64,000 nt of DNA from a virus (IMGVR_UViG_3300017971_000019:1-64000), one strand, 5' to 3'; shown: positions 24,493 through 33,975, numbered from the stretch's first letter. Numbers and translations are program-made. Notes: generated from the sequence alone by a model not told the origin.

Positions 24493-26378
24493 GCCAGTAC
24501 TCGACCCACCCAAAGAAGATCAAGATCCACGACGATGACGGCGATGTCCTGGAGATCAACGCCGACGGGACCATTGGAGTCGTTGTCCCGGACACGACGA
24601 AGGTTAAGGTCTGGGACGGGACAGACGAGCTAGCAGTCAACACTGACGGCTCGATCACCACGCAGCTTCTCAGCAAGATCTGCACGAACAACTCGACCGA
24701 TACCCCGCTCCTGGCCAACGCCACGTTCACCGGCACAGCGGGAGAGATGAACGGGTACGCTTCCATCCTGATCACGGTCTACACGGACGTGGCGAGCGCA
24801 ACTGATGGGCTTTCTATCCAGTTCTCTCACACGGACAGCCCGTACGACTGGCACGAGTCTGACGCTTACACAATCGCTGCGGGTGCGTACAAGACCTTCA
24901 CGCTCCAGCCGGTGGATGCCTACTTCAGGATCGTCTACACGAACGGCGGAAGCGACCAGACTGCATTCCACATCAACGTCCAGCTTCACTCGGTAGCGCC
25001 GAAGGCATCCTCGCACAGGATGGAGGACGACATCAGCGGGCAGGACGATGCCCAGTTGGTGAAGTCGATCCTCGCGGCAGAGAGACCGGGAACTGCGGGA
25101 ATCTACACGAACATCCAGGCGACGAACGGTGGGAACCTGAAGGTGAGCGTGGAGGAGTTTGACGGACTCCAGACTAATCCAGACGGAAATCAGATCGTTC
25201 AGATCAGCGACAACAACCTCGATGCTTTCTCGCGCATGAGGGTCTCGCTGCCGATTGCGCTCTTCGACTCATCTTTCCGCTACGACCTGGACCCGCTCAT
25301 TTTTGAGACAAGCACGGCCAACGGAGGGAGTGTTACTCATGCGCCCGCGAGGGCTGCTGCCGCTCTTGCTTTGGATGGAACTGCCGGTGGAAGTGCCATC
25401 ATTCAGTCCAAGGAGTACATGCAGTATGTTCCGGGCAGGAGCCAGCTTATCCTGATCACTGGGCTGATTGGTGCTGGCAACGGGAACCAGAAGCGCGTCG
25501 GCTACTTTGACGCCAACAACGGCATCTACTTCGAGCAAGACACGGACGACTCTATCAAGATCGTCAGGAGGACTGACACCTCTGGGTCGCCAGTCAATAA
25601 TGAAGTGGAGCAGGCGAACTGGAACCTAGACACTCTGGACGGAAATGGATTTAGCGGAATAACTCTAGACCCGACGAAGGTCTACATCCTGGTCATCGAC
25701 CTTCAGTGGCTCGGGATGGGGCGCGTCCGAGTGGGCTTCGACATCAACGGAGAGATCGTGTGGGCTCATGAGTTCCTGAATGCCAATGTCCTCACAACGG
25801 TCTACATGAGAACTGGCTCTCTTCCAGTTCGTTGGGAGCACACTGGAGACAATGCAGACAGCATGGATGCTGTGTGCTCAGCCGTCCTCTCAGAGTCTGG
25901 TAACGATTCCCAGCTTAGCTATCACTTCTCCGGTAATGTGGGAGAGATCAGTGCAGGAACAAGCGCTACCTACGCGGGGGCGATCAGGCCCGCCGCCACG
26001 TTCAACTCCATCACGAACAGGACTCACATTCAGCTTGAGAGCGCTGGGCTCACCGTCACCGGCAACTATGCGGTGAGGCTGGAGATCTACTACGGTGGAA
26101 CTATCGGTGGGAGCCCTTCTTGGACAGCAGCGAACGCTTCTTCTGCCCTTGAGGTGGACGTTGCGGGCACCCCGTCCGGTGGTGTGAAGATTGACGAGTT
26201 CGTTGTTGGGGCGACCTCAAGGGCATCAAGCTCTTTGGAGGCAAGCGTGTCTCACCGCTTCCCCCTCTGCCTCGACATTGCAGGAACGGGCTACAACCTC
26301 ATCTACGCGACTGTTACATCTCTGGGCGTTTCATCTAGCGACTGCTACCCAGACTTCAAGTGGAACGAGTATAGGTAG
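24489..26378 (+). CDS. large virion structural protein (629 aa), function unknown
   Basis: ATGA overlap with paralog B. Composition is beta-rich with many Thr/Ser/Gly. Confidence 0.65.
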   Translation: MSQYSTHPKKIKIHDDDGDVLEINADGTIGVVVPDTTKVKVWDGTDELAVNTDGSITTQLLSKICTNNSTDTPLLANATFTGTAGEMNGYASILITVYTDVASATDGLSIQFSHTDSPYDWHESDAYTIAAGAYKTFTLQPVDAYFRIVYTNGGSDQTAFHINVQLHSVAPKASSHRMEDDISGQDDAQLVKSILAAERPGTAGIYTNIQATNGGNLKVSVEEFDGLQTNPDGNQIVQISDNNLDAFSRMRVSLPIALFDSSFRYDLDPLIFETSTANGGSVTHAPARAAAALALDGTAGGSAIIQSKEYMQYVPGRSQLILITGLIGAGNGNQKRVGYFDANNGIYFEQDTDDSIKIVRRTDTSGSPVNNEVEQANWNLDTLDGNGFSGITLDPTKVYILVIDLQWLGMGRVRVGFDINGEIVWAHEFLNANVLTTVYMRTGSLPVRWEHTGDNADSMDAVCSAVLSESGNDSQLSYHFSGNVGEISAGTSATYAGAIRPAATFNSITNRTHIQLESAGLTVTGNYAVRLEIYYGGTIGGSPSWTAANASSALEVDVAGTPSGGVKIDEFVVGATSRASSSLEASVSHRFPLCLDIAGTGYNLIYATVTSLGVSSSDCYPDFKWNEYR

Positions 26379-26401
26379 TTTTGAAAACGGGAGAGAGACC
26401 G

Positions 26402-27817
26402 ATGAAGCAGAAGTGCCTCATGCTGGGGGCGGGGTCTGCTCCGCCGAAGAGGAAGCTGACGGACCCCCAGTTCTCGGCTTCCGAGGAAGAGACCGAGTGG
26501 GTCACCCTCGACATCATGGAGAGGAATAAGCCGGACATCCTCTTCGATCTGAACTGGATCGAGAGGACCGACATGACCGTAGCCACGCACGGGCTGCGCG
26601 ATGGATACCTCTGCAATCAGATCCCAGTCCCAGACGAGACATTCGATGAGATCCACGCCTACGAGGTGATGGAGCACTACGGGAAGCAGGGGGACTGGGA
26701 GGGGTTCTTCCAGGGGATGAAGGAACTCTGGCGCATCCTGAAGCCTGGGGGGATGCTCATCGGGACCGTTCCGAAGTACACGTCCGAGTGGGCATGGGGA
26801 GATCCTGGTCACACGAGGGTGATCACAAAGGGGACGCTCTCCTTCCTGATGAAGGCGTCGTACGAGAACAAGTCGAGCAACGAGCCGAGGACGGACTACC
26901 AGGACTACGTCGATCCGTGCTGGTGGGAGCCGAGGCATGGGGCTGACCTGGGGGAGCACTACAGCTTTGGGATCAGGAAGCCTATCGGTGAACTCAGCCT
27001 TCAGATCGAGACTGGCTCGACGTGCAACGCCGCTTGCAACTTCTGCGTCTACCCGGAGGCAGCGAAGGAGCGCAGCGGGAAAAAGATGCGACGGCACACG
27101 TTCGAGGACATCATCGACGATGCGGAAGTCCTGGGTGTTGGCAAGGTGGTACTGAACGGACTGAACGAGCCGCTCCTGGACCCGGACCTAGAGTCGAAGA
27201 TCGAGTACGTCAGGGCCAAGATGCCGAGGGCATTCATCGAGATCTACTCCAACGGGCTCCTGATGACGCCACGTAGGTTCGACTCGCTGGCGGATGCAGG
27301 GCTCTCCGGGGTGGTCTTCAGTCTCAATGCAGTGACCCCGAGGCAGCACGAAGAGATCATGGGCATGAAGGGGAAGTTCGACCTCATCGAAGGTCACATC
27401 GACTACGCCCGCGAGAACAAGAAGGGCGTCACGGTTGAGGTTCATGCCGTGATGAACCCCGACTACTTCGACCACTCGGACGAGATGAGCTTCTACCACA
27501 GGTGGGGGCACTACAACGAGCCGAATGGGGTCGGCGCTGTCATCCGCGAGGGGAACTGGGCGAACGAACTTGACGCGATCAAGAAGTTCTCCCCGAATGA
27601 GAAGTGCGGAAGGGCCACCAACCAGATGTACATCACGTACGACGGGAGAGTCACGACGTGCTGCTTCGACCCGTTCGGACGCCAGGTCTTCGGGAACGTC
27701 GAGAAAGAATCCCTGAAGGTGATCCGCGACTCCGAAGAGTACGTGGCGTTCAGGAAGGCCCACGAAGAGGACCGCGCAGACGAGTACGACATCTGCCGCA
27801 ACTGCACGAGAATCTGA
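26402..27817 (+). CDS. fusion protein: N-terminal class-I SAM methyltransferase plus C-terminal radical-SAM enzyme with a SPASM/twitch-like domain (about 471 aa)
   Basis: GGGAGAGAG ribosome-binding site. Methyltransferase motifs LMLGAGSA and LKPGGML. Radical-SAM cluster motif CNAACNFC (nt 27023-27046). C-terminal Cys-rich region TTCCFDPFG...GNVEKESLKVIRDS...ICRNC. Confidence 0.75.
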   Translation: MKQKCLMLGAGSAPPKRKLTDPQFSASEEETEWVTLDIMERNKPDILFDLNWIERTDMTVATHGLRDGYLCNQIPVPDETFDEIHAYEVMEHYGKQGDWEGFFQGMKELWRILKPGGMLIGTVPKYTSEWAWGDPGHTRVITKGTLSFLMKASYENKSSNEPRTDYQDYVDPCWWEPRHGADLGEHYSFGIRKPIGELSLQIETGSTCNAACNFCVYPEAAKERSGKKMRRHTFEDIIDDAEVLGVGKVVLNGLNEPLLDPDLESKIEYVRAKMPRAFIEIYSNGLLMTPRRFDSLADAGLSGVVFSLNAVTPRQHEEIMGMKGKFDLIEGHIDYARENKKGVTVEVHAVMNPDYFDHSDEMSFYHRWGHYNEPNGVGAVIREGNWANELDAIKKFSPNEKCGRATNQMYITYDGRVTTCCFDPFGRQVFGNVEKESLKVIRDSEEYVAFRKAHEEDRADEYDICRNCTRI

Positions 27818-28374
27818 TGGGCATCATCGAGCAGTACGCGACAGGCAACAAGCTGAACATCGGGTGTGGCACAGACTGTCGAGACGGCTGGGTGAACGTG
27901 GACTTCCACGGCGCTGTTGGGTCGGACTATCAGTTCGACCTCAGGAGCAGGTGGTCGCTGTTCCAGAACAGCACCTTCGACACGGTGCTGGCCTCGCACG
28001 TCCTAGAGCACTTCTCTGGGCCGGACCTGTTCCACGTCATGTTCGAAGCCGGTCGCGTTCTGCGACCAGGCGGGCGGCTCCTCGGAATCGTCCCATATGC
28101 AACGAGCGAGATCTTCTACGCCAACCCGTTCCACAAGCAGGCGTGGACGGAGAGAACTCCGATGCAGTTTGACCGGCGGCTCTATCATTCCGGCGGCGGG
28201 CCATCGTCCCTGCACGCAGACCAGGGAATGAAGCTTCAGCCGTGGGACGTGGAGTGTGTGTATCTTAGGCCGGCGGAGGGGTGGGAGGACGAGCCCGACA
28301 TCCAGGCGGCAGCGAGGAAGTACCTCAACGTGATTGACGAGATGCACTTCGTCATGAAGCTGGTGGAGGAGTAA
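27817..28374 (+). CDS. class-I SAM-dependent methyltransferase (185 aa)
   Basis: ATGA overlap with the upstream gene. Motifs LNIGCGTDC, VLASHVLEH and LRPGGRLLGIVP. Confidence 0.7.
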   Translation: MGIIEQYATGNKLNIGCGTDCRDGWVNVDFHGAVGSDYQFDLRSRWSLFQNSTFDTVLASHVLEHFSGPDLFHVMFEAGRVLRPGGRLLGIVPYATSEIFYANPFHKQAWTERTPMQFDRRLYHSGGGPSSLHADQGMKLQPWDVECVYLRPAEGWEDEPDIQAAARKYLNVIDEMHFVMKLVEE

Positions 28375-29138
28375 TGGTACAGGCGAAGGCGGATGAGTTC
28401 TCGGGGTTCCGAGTGATGCTGGTGACCCCGACCTATGGGCCTGTGGACCCGATCTGCGCGAAGGATCTCCGAGTCGCAGTCATGGGCGCTTCGAACCACG
28501 GTGTCTACTGGTGCGGTGACGGCTCAGGCGACAGGATGGGCTACTCGCTCACGAGGAACGGGTCTACCCAGATCGCGTACGAGAAGGAGGATATCGGGGG
28601 GATCATGTGGGTGGACTCCGACATCCGCCCAGCGCCAAACAGCATCCTTTCCATCCTAGCGTCGGTGAGGGACTTCAAGGCGGAGTTCGTGACCGGCATC
28701 TACCACCAGAGGGCCGGCAGGAACCTCCCGGTGATCTACGACTTCGATGAGGAGACGGAGCACTTCCGCCAGTACCAGGGCTACCCGGAGAACACGTTCA
28801 TGCCGGTGGATGGCTGCGGGTTCGGGTTCGTCTGGACGAGCAGGAAGCTCATCCGGGCCATCGCAGAGCACCCGGAGTTCAAGCAGGAAGACGGATGGTT
28901 CCCCGACAAGCGGGACGCGGGTGGGTACGGTGAAGACCTCAGCTTCTGCTACCAGGCGCGAAGGGCTGGGTTCCAGTTGTACGCCAATACGTCTGTTCAG
29001 GTCGGACACCTGGCCGCGCCGTACGTGGTCACCAGGCAGGACTTCCTCAACAAGGAAGTGAAGGGTGACGAGCTTGCCAAGGTGGTCCTGAAGGAGCGGA
29101 AGAACATTGGAGTGTGGGGAGAGCGAGAAGATGATTAA
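28374..29138 (+). CDS. putative GT-A fold (family 2-like) glycosyltransferase (254 aa)
   Basis: LVTPTYG, a DSD acidic motif and the overall pattern resemble GT2 enzymes. Called from memory; moderate confidence. Confidence 0.5.
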   Translation: MVQAKADEFSGFRVMLVTPTYGPVDPICAKDLRVAVMGASNHGVYWCGDGSGDRMGYSLTRNGSTQIAYEKEDIGGIMWVDSDIRPAPNSILSILASVRDFKAEFVTGIYHQRAGRNLPVIYDFDEETEHFRQYQGYPENTFMPVDGCGFGFVWTSRKLIRAIAEHPEFKQEDGWFPDKRDAGGYGEDLSFCYQARRAGFQLYANTSVQVGHLAAPYVVTRQDFLNKEVKGDELAKVVLKERKNIGVWGEREDD

Positions 29139-29502
29139 GGACTACCCGAAGATCAAGGCCCTACAGGGCGAACTCAGGAACGACGGAAAGGTCTACGACC
29201 TCTACAGGTGCCGCAAGTGCGGGCACGTCTTCACCAGGGAGGAGGAGCTTGAGTTCTACGCGATGGGCTCCCTCTTCACCCCGGAGGAGGAGCGGGAGGA
29301 GACCATTTGCCCGTGCGGGAGCATGAAGTTCGAGCCGAAGCGCCCGCCCAAGAAGCCCAGCGAGATGCTCCGCAAGGAATTCCGCCGTTGGCGGATCTGG
29401 GCCTATGTGGGTAAGCTGGTGCTTGCACGATGGCTGGCACCGAAGCTGGAGAAGAACCGGAATCTCCAGTTCCTGCTACCTTATATCGAGAAGCTCGTCT
29501 AG
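29130..29502 (+). CDS. zinc-ribbon protein (124 aa; CRKCG...CPCG)
   Basis: GGGAGAGCGAG ribosome-binding site. Start trimmed from 29107. Confidence 0.5.
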
Positions 29503-29512
29503 GAGGACAAGC

Positions 29513-29815
29513 ATGGCCAACTACGCACAGACCGGAAACCGATACACCGCGATCTTCGTCATCGAGAAGGACAACTCCGGTGGCAAGCTGTACAAGAGGG
29601 CCCCGTTCGATCTCGTCCGCTTCAATGTGGACTCGAACCCGGACGCAGAGCCAGAGATTGTCCCCCTCGGGGTTCAGGAGAGCCCTCCAGGGACAGCGGC
29701 GACACCGCCAAAGCCGGACACGGACAAGATCTACGAGAAGATCTGGGTCGTGGAGACGATGCCGTACAGCGCGTCCCGCACCGGCAAGCACGACTTCGCT
29801 CCGCACCTCGACTAG
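29513..29815 (+). CDS. hypothetical protein (100 aa)
   Basis: AGGAGGA ribosome-binding site before the ATG at 29513. Confidence 0.5.
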   Translation: MANYAQTGNRYTAIFVIEKDNSGGKLYKRAPFDLVRFNVDSNPDAEPEIVPLGVQESPPGTAATPPKPDTDKIYEKIWVVETMPYSASRTGKHDFAPHLD

Positions 29816-29824
29816 GGGTGACCT

Positions 29825-30244
29825 ATGCGCGTAGAGGACATGCTCCTCCGTGAGGAGGGATTCGTCCCGCACGCCTACCAGGATCCGCTCGGATACTGGA
29901 CAATCGGCATCGGGCGATTGATCGATAAGCGCAAGGGTGGAAGGGTCTCGAAGGATGAGGCCCTTTTCCTTTTGCGTAACGACATCGATGAGGTCAAGCG
30001 CGGGCTTGACGAGAACATCCCATGGTGGCAGGGCTTGAAGCCAGTCAGGCAGGCTGTCCTGATCTCGATGGCCTTCCAGATGGGCGTTGCCGGCCTTCTC
30101 AAGTTCAAGCGGACACTTCAGGCCGTAAAGGACGGGGACTTCGAGAAGGCTGCGAAGGGGATGCGTGGTTCGCTGTGGGCCAGGCAGACACCTGGTCGCG
30201 CAGAGCGTCACGCACGACAGATGGAGACAGGACGATGGCACTAG
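29825..30244 (+). CDS. endolysin: glycoside hydrolase family 24 (T4-type) lysozyme (139 aa)
   Basis: MLLREEGFVPHAYQDPLGYWTIGIGRLI carries the T4-lysozyme catalytic Glu, Asp and Thr signature. Confidence 0.85.
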   Translation: MRVEDMLLREEGFVPHAYQDPLGYWTIGIGRLIDKRKGGRVSKDEALFLLRNDIDEVKRGLDENIPWWQGLKPVRQAVLISMAFQMGVAGLLKFKRTLQAVKDGDFEKAAKGMRGSLWARQTPGRAERHARQMETGRWH

Positions 30245-30543
30245 ACGACTTCTACTGGGTAGTCTGGCTTCTCGTGATCTTCCTGCCGTACGAACTCTAC
30301 GGTGCCTTCTCGAAGAAGGACGGGGACACGCTCTCTGAAAACGTCTGGGACTGGTTCGCCGTCAAGAACAAGAATGCGAAGTACGGTAGGCTCCGCCGGC
30401 TGATTCTCTTCGGCTTCTGGGTTGGGCTAGGAAGCCACTTCGTGTTCGCGACCAGCGTCCTGCCCGTCATCATCGGCGGGATCGGGATGGCCTGGTCCAT
30501 CGGGTACTACTACCTGAAGGAGAAGAAGCACGATGAGAGTTAA
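30235..30543 (+). CDS. holin-like small membrane protein (102 aa, 2-3 transmembrane helices)
   Basis: Overlaps the lysozyme stop. Hydrophobic segments VVWLLVIFL and LILFGFWVGLGSHFVFATSVLPVIIGGIGMAW. Confidence 0.5.
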   Translation: MALDDFYWVVWLLVIFLPYELYGAFSKKDGDTLSENVWDWFAVKNKNAKYGRLRRLILFGFWVGLGSHFVFATSVLPVIIGGIGMAWSIGYYYLKEKKHDES

Positions 30544-31750
30544 GAGGCTGATTCTTACCGTGGCCGTGTTCACTATCACGGCCATGATAACGGGGGCCGT
30601 TATTGGTTGTGGAGGATGGACCCCTCCAGGCCCTCCTGTGAACCCGTGCGACCAGTGCGACCCGGAGACGCAGTACTGCGACGACGGACAGTGCGTGGAC
30701 AAGTACACGGAGGAGTGCCAGGCCCTTCTCGACCAGGGGCTTCCGTGGTGCGCACCGGGCACGACATGCGGTGAATGTGTCCACAACCCAAGCGCGGACC
30801 CGCGCCATTGCGAGAAGCTGGCCTCCTGCACCGAGCCTCCACTCCCAGAGCCCCAGTGCCCGCAGTTCACGGATAGGGGCGGAACGCTACGTCTTCTCAG
30901 GGCCACCCCAGACCTCACGAAGGACCCATGCGACTGCTACCTTGGTGAGGAGTGGATCCCATGCGACGACCCGGTCGCGTGCGGTTTCCCGCAGGGCATC
31001 CCGAACGAGAAGTTCACCCTCGTCCAGAACCCCGGTCGATACGGGTCCGTAGTCAATAGTGTGATGGCAGAACTCACCGGATGCGCGGTGGGGACGGACT
31101 GCCCCATCACCTTCGGGCCAGACCCGTGGATGAAGCTGGTATGCGACTCGCTCTGCGAGAAGGGGTTCAACTGTGGCCGGCACAACGACACACCGCCAGG
31201 CGCAACCGACCAGATCAGCGTCAAGCAGGGGGACTTCTGCGACGGACAACTCCACGAGAACTACCAGATCTACAACTACGGAGGAAAGAAGGTACGCTGG
31301 GCTCCAGGAGGACAGCAGGATGGCTGGCTTGTGGAGTGCGATGGAAGTACTCCTCCGCCGGTTGGTGATTGCACGCAGCCGCATCCAGACGTGACTAGGA
31401 TGCAACTGAAGTGCCGCGAGCACAACGGGATCCTCGACTGCACATGGGTCACAGTGAACCAACCCGACTTCTGCGGATCTATCGGCTACTGCTGTATGCC
31501 TGGTTCTCCGTGCGGTTGCAACGAATGCGGTGTGCCTGGCTGTACACCCCGTGGGGGGTGCCCTGTTCGAGGGGATGGGGATCCAGAGCGCGATGTCTGC
31601 GAGGCGGAACTCTGCGACCAGAAGTGGACATGCAACGGGGAGCCCTATCCTCCGTACAAGGGCAATCCCGCTCAAAGCGATTGCAGGGGAAACTGGGTGA
31701 CGTGGTGCAGTGCCCCAGGCTCCACGGCAAGAGCGGAAGGTCACCGATGA
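30533..31750 (+). CDS. cysteine-rich secreted protein or lipoprotein (405 aa, about 55 Cys)
   Basis: N-terminal signal sequence with a lipobox-like VIGC. The mature part has dense CxxC and CxC motifs. Confidence 0.6.
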   Translation: MRVKRLILTVAVFTITAMITGAVIGCGGWTPPGPPVNPCDQCDPETQYCDDGQCVDKYTEECQALLDQGLPWCAPGTTCGECVHNPSADPRHCEKLASCTEPPLPEPQCPQFTDRGGTLRLLRATPDLTKDPCDCYLGEEWIPCDDPVACGFPQGIPNEKFTLVQNPGRYGSVVNSVMAELTGCAVGTDCPITFGPDPWMKLVCDSLCEKGFNCGRHNDTPPGATDQISVKQGDFCDGQLHENYQIYNYGGKKVRWAPGGQQDGWLVECDGSTPPPVGDCTQPHPDVTRMQLKCREHNGILDCTWVTVNQPDFCGSIGYCCMPGSPCGCNECGVPGCTPRGGCPVRGDGDPERDVCEAELCDQKWTCNGEPYPPYKGNPAQSDCRGNWVTWCSAPGSTARAEGHR

Positions 31751-31989
31751 AGCTTGACTTCAAGACCATCGCGACCACGCTTCTGATTGGCATCCTCACG
31801 TTCATCGCAGGCAAGGTCTGGGAAGGCGTGGAGATCGCCAAGGAGAACAGGACGCACCGCGAGATGCAGGCGGAGGACATCCAGGAGATCAAGGCGGACC
31901 TGAAGGAACTCCGCAAGGAACTCTACGGCATCTACCCGGTGATCAACGAGGTGGCTGAGGCCGCAGACGTTGGGACAGGAGCGGAGTGA
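31747..31989 (+). CDS. i-spanin-like protein: N-terminal transmembrane helix plus coiled coil (80 aa)
   Basis: ATGA overlap. TIATTLLIGILTFIAG is followed by a charged helical region. Confidence 0.45.
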   Translation: MKLDFKTIATTLLIGILTFIAGKVWEGVEIAKENRTHREMQAEDIQEIKADLKELRKELYGIYPVINEVAEAADVGTGAE

Positions 31990-32273
31990 TGGACGAAAGA
32001 CTCAGGAAGGTCTACTTTCCATCTGGTGGTCACGGAGACCTCCAGGAGATCCGAATCTTCAACGACTCGGCCATCCAGAGGAGCGTTGACAACGCTCTCA
32101 GGCGGGTCCACCCGGAGAAGAGCGGGGCGGTCCTGAAGGTCAACCTGGACGACCAGGGGATCGCGGCTGTCATGGCAGCCCGCCTTGGTGACAACTGGTC
32201 TATGGGGCTGGTCCTGGACCGCAAGTGGACAGGCGAGATGTCGGCTGGTGCAGAAGTCGTCTTCGAGTGGTAG
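31986..32273 (+). CDS. hypothetical protein (95 aa)
   Basis: ORF track. Coupled to the upstream gene. Confidence 0.45.
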   Translation: MMDERLRKVYFPSGGHGDLQEIRIFNDSAIQRSVDNALRRVHPEKSGAVLKVNLDDQGIAAVMAARLGDNWSMGLVLDRKWTGEMSAGAEVVFEW

Positions 32274-32294
32274 TCTGGCCCTTGTAGGAGGGTT

Positions 32295-32489
32295 GTGATG
32301 AAGAACTTCCAGAGACTGATCATCGAGCTAGTGATCGCCTTCGCAGCGGGCGTCTTCACGACCCTGGCCCCACTGTCTCAGGACGGCGTCCAACAGAACG
32401 AGATCTTCGCGGCCCTGGCCGCAGGGTTCGTCGCAGCCGGCGCTCTCATGAGGAAGAAGCCAGAGGTCACGAAGCCGAATGCTGGGTAG
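32295..32489 (+). CDS. small membrane protein (64 aa)
   Basis: ORF track. Two hydrophobic helices. Confidence 0.4.
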   Translation: MMKNFQRLIIELVIAFAAGVFTTLAPLSQDGVQQNEIFAALAAGFVAAGALMRKKPEVTKPNAG

Positions 32490-32610
32490 GAACAGATCGC
32501 CGTTCGGTCTCCATCGAAGCACAATCCTGAAGTGGAGGAAGGGTCTGTCGTGGCTCTTTCTCCTCATGGTTTCTTTGCTGACTCTGGCGATCCTATTGGG
32601 GTAGGGCATC

Positions 32611-33027
32611 ATGGACATTGACATCGTTGTGGCGGTTATCCAAACCCTTACAGGGATTCTCCTCGGTATCATCGGCTGGTGGTTGATACAGTTGAATGGA
32701 AGAGTCAGGGATCTGGAGGTCAAGGTGGCTACCTATGAAGGTGACGTAAGGGTGGCCAACGAGAAGCTTGTCTCCATTGACGAGAAGATCGGTGGCCACA
32801 TCCTGAGAGAAGAGCACGAGACGTGGGGAAAGATCGATGCTCTTGGTGGCGAGGTTGCAGACATGAGGGTATCCATGGCGACCATGGTGACCGAACTGAA
32901 GGGGCTCGGGAGGGCCGTGCAGGAAGCCCTGGCAAAAGTTGTCGATCACGACAAGGAAGCGACGGACTGGAAGCACCGGATCGTTGCTCTTGAGGCGGTG
33001 GTGAGCAAGCACCACCCGGCCCCTTAA
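32611..33027 (+). CDS. membrane protein with an N-terminal transmembrane helix and a long coiled coil (138 aa); spanin- or antiholin-like
   Basis: VAVIQTLTGILLGIIGWWLI followed by a heptad-rich segment. Confidence 0.5.
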   Translation: MDIDIVVAVIQTLTGILLGIIGWWLIQLNGRVRDLEVKVATYEGDVRVANEKLVSIDEKIGGHILREEHETWGKIDALGGEVADMRVSMATMVTELKGLGRAVQEALAKVVDHDKEATDWKHRIVALEAVVSKHHPAP

Positions 33028-33039
33028 AGGAGAAGTACG

Positions 33040-33384
33040 ATGGCCACACAGCCACCAGCAGCAGAGCCCGGTTGGTTCCAGAAGATCGTTGAGATGCTCG
33101 AAGGTGGAGCCGGGGGGCCGGCTTCCCAGGTTCCGCCTCAGGCCGCAGCGCCTCCTGGTGGAGTCGCAGGAGCCCCGATGCCTGGAGCCGCGCCTCCGAA
33201 TCCAAACGACCCGGCAGCCATCGCTGAGCAGTTGATGCAGCGAAACCAGGAGATGGCTCCGTACGGTCAGACCGGACCAGGCGCAGAGACCACCGGGCTT
33301 CAGAACCCAGGCCCCAACCCTCAGGATCCGGGCATGATCGCCCAGCTTCTGAGCAGCATCTTCGGTGGTGGTGCGGGCTCTTAG
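33040..33384 (+). CDS. Pro/Ala/Gly-rich protein (114 aa)
   Basis: ORF track. AGGAGAAG ribosome-binding site. Confidence 0.45.
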   Translation: MATQPPAAEPGWFQKIVEMLEGGAGGPASQVPPQAAAPPGGVAGAPMPGAAPPNPNDPAAIAEQLMQRNQEMAPYGQTGPGAETTGLQNPGPNPQDPGMIAQLLSSIFGGGAGS

Positions 33385-33973
33385 CGCCTGCGCCATCGCC
33401 CTCGCATTACTACCCGGAGTCACCATGGCAGACAGGGGAATCCCGTTCAGGCCGCAAGCACAACCCCCGGTCAACCCACTGGCTGGGATGCTCATGCAGA
33501 GCTTCTCGCCAATGTCGCCCTTCATTGAGCACGCGAGTGTGGCTGGACGACAGGTGCCAACGTTCCCGAAGGACTCGAACAAGGACTACACCGAGAGAGA
33601 TCTCGACGTGGTCTCTCGTACGGCCTATGGGGAAGCTAGAGGAGAGGGCGACGAGGGGATCCGCGCTGTTCTCCACGTCATGAGGAACCGCAAGCTCCTC
33701 GGTGACGACACATCGTACAGCGAGGTGGCTCTCAAGCCGCGCCAGTTCTCCGCCTGGAACAAGGGTGATCCAAACAGGGAACTGATCCAGAGTCTCGGTG
33801 AGGAAGAGCTTGCCGACACTAGGGACATCGCAGAAGAGGTCTTGTCTGGAGAATCTGAGGACCCAACCGGAGGAGCGACGCACTATCACGCGAAGGAAGT
33901 GAGCCCGAAGTGGGCTAGCGAGATGAGGCCTACCGCGACCATCGGAAGGCACAGGTTCTACCGTGAGGACTAG
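33365..33973 (+). CDS. SleB/CwlJ-like cell-wall hydrolase with a Sec-type signal peptide (202 aa from the GTG start; alternative ATG at 33425)
   Basis: SleB-family signature YGEARGE...VLHVMRNR...QFSAW...ATHYHA. The GTG-start N-terminus ALSACAIALALLPGVTMA-D looks like a signal peptide. Confidence 0.75.
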   Translation: MVVRALSACAIALALLPGVTMADRGIPFRPQAQPPVNPLAGMLMQSFSPMSPFIEHASVAGRQVPTFPKDSNKDYTERDLDVVSRTAYGEARGEGDEGIRAVLHVMRNRKLLGDDTSYSEVALKPRQFSAWNKGDPNRELIQSLGEEELADTRDIAEEVLSGESEDPTGGATHYHAKEVSPKWASEMRPTATIGRHRFYRED

Positions 33974-33975
33974 GT

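Noticed and set aside
33040-33384. Considered the Pro/Ala/Gly-rich 114-aa protein as an o-spanin
   Set aside because: O-spanins are proline-rich, but they are lipoproteins with a lipobox Cys. This protein has no Cys and no signal sequence.
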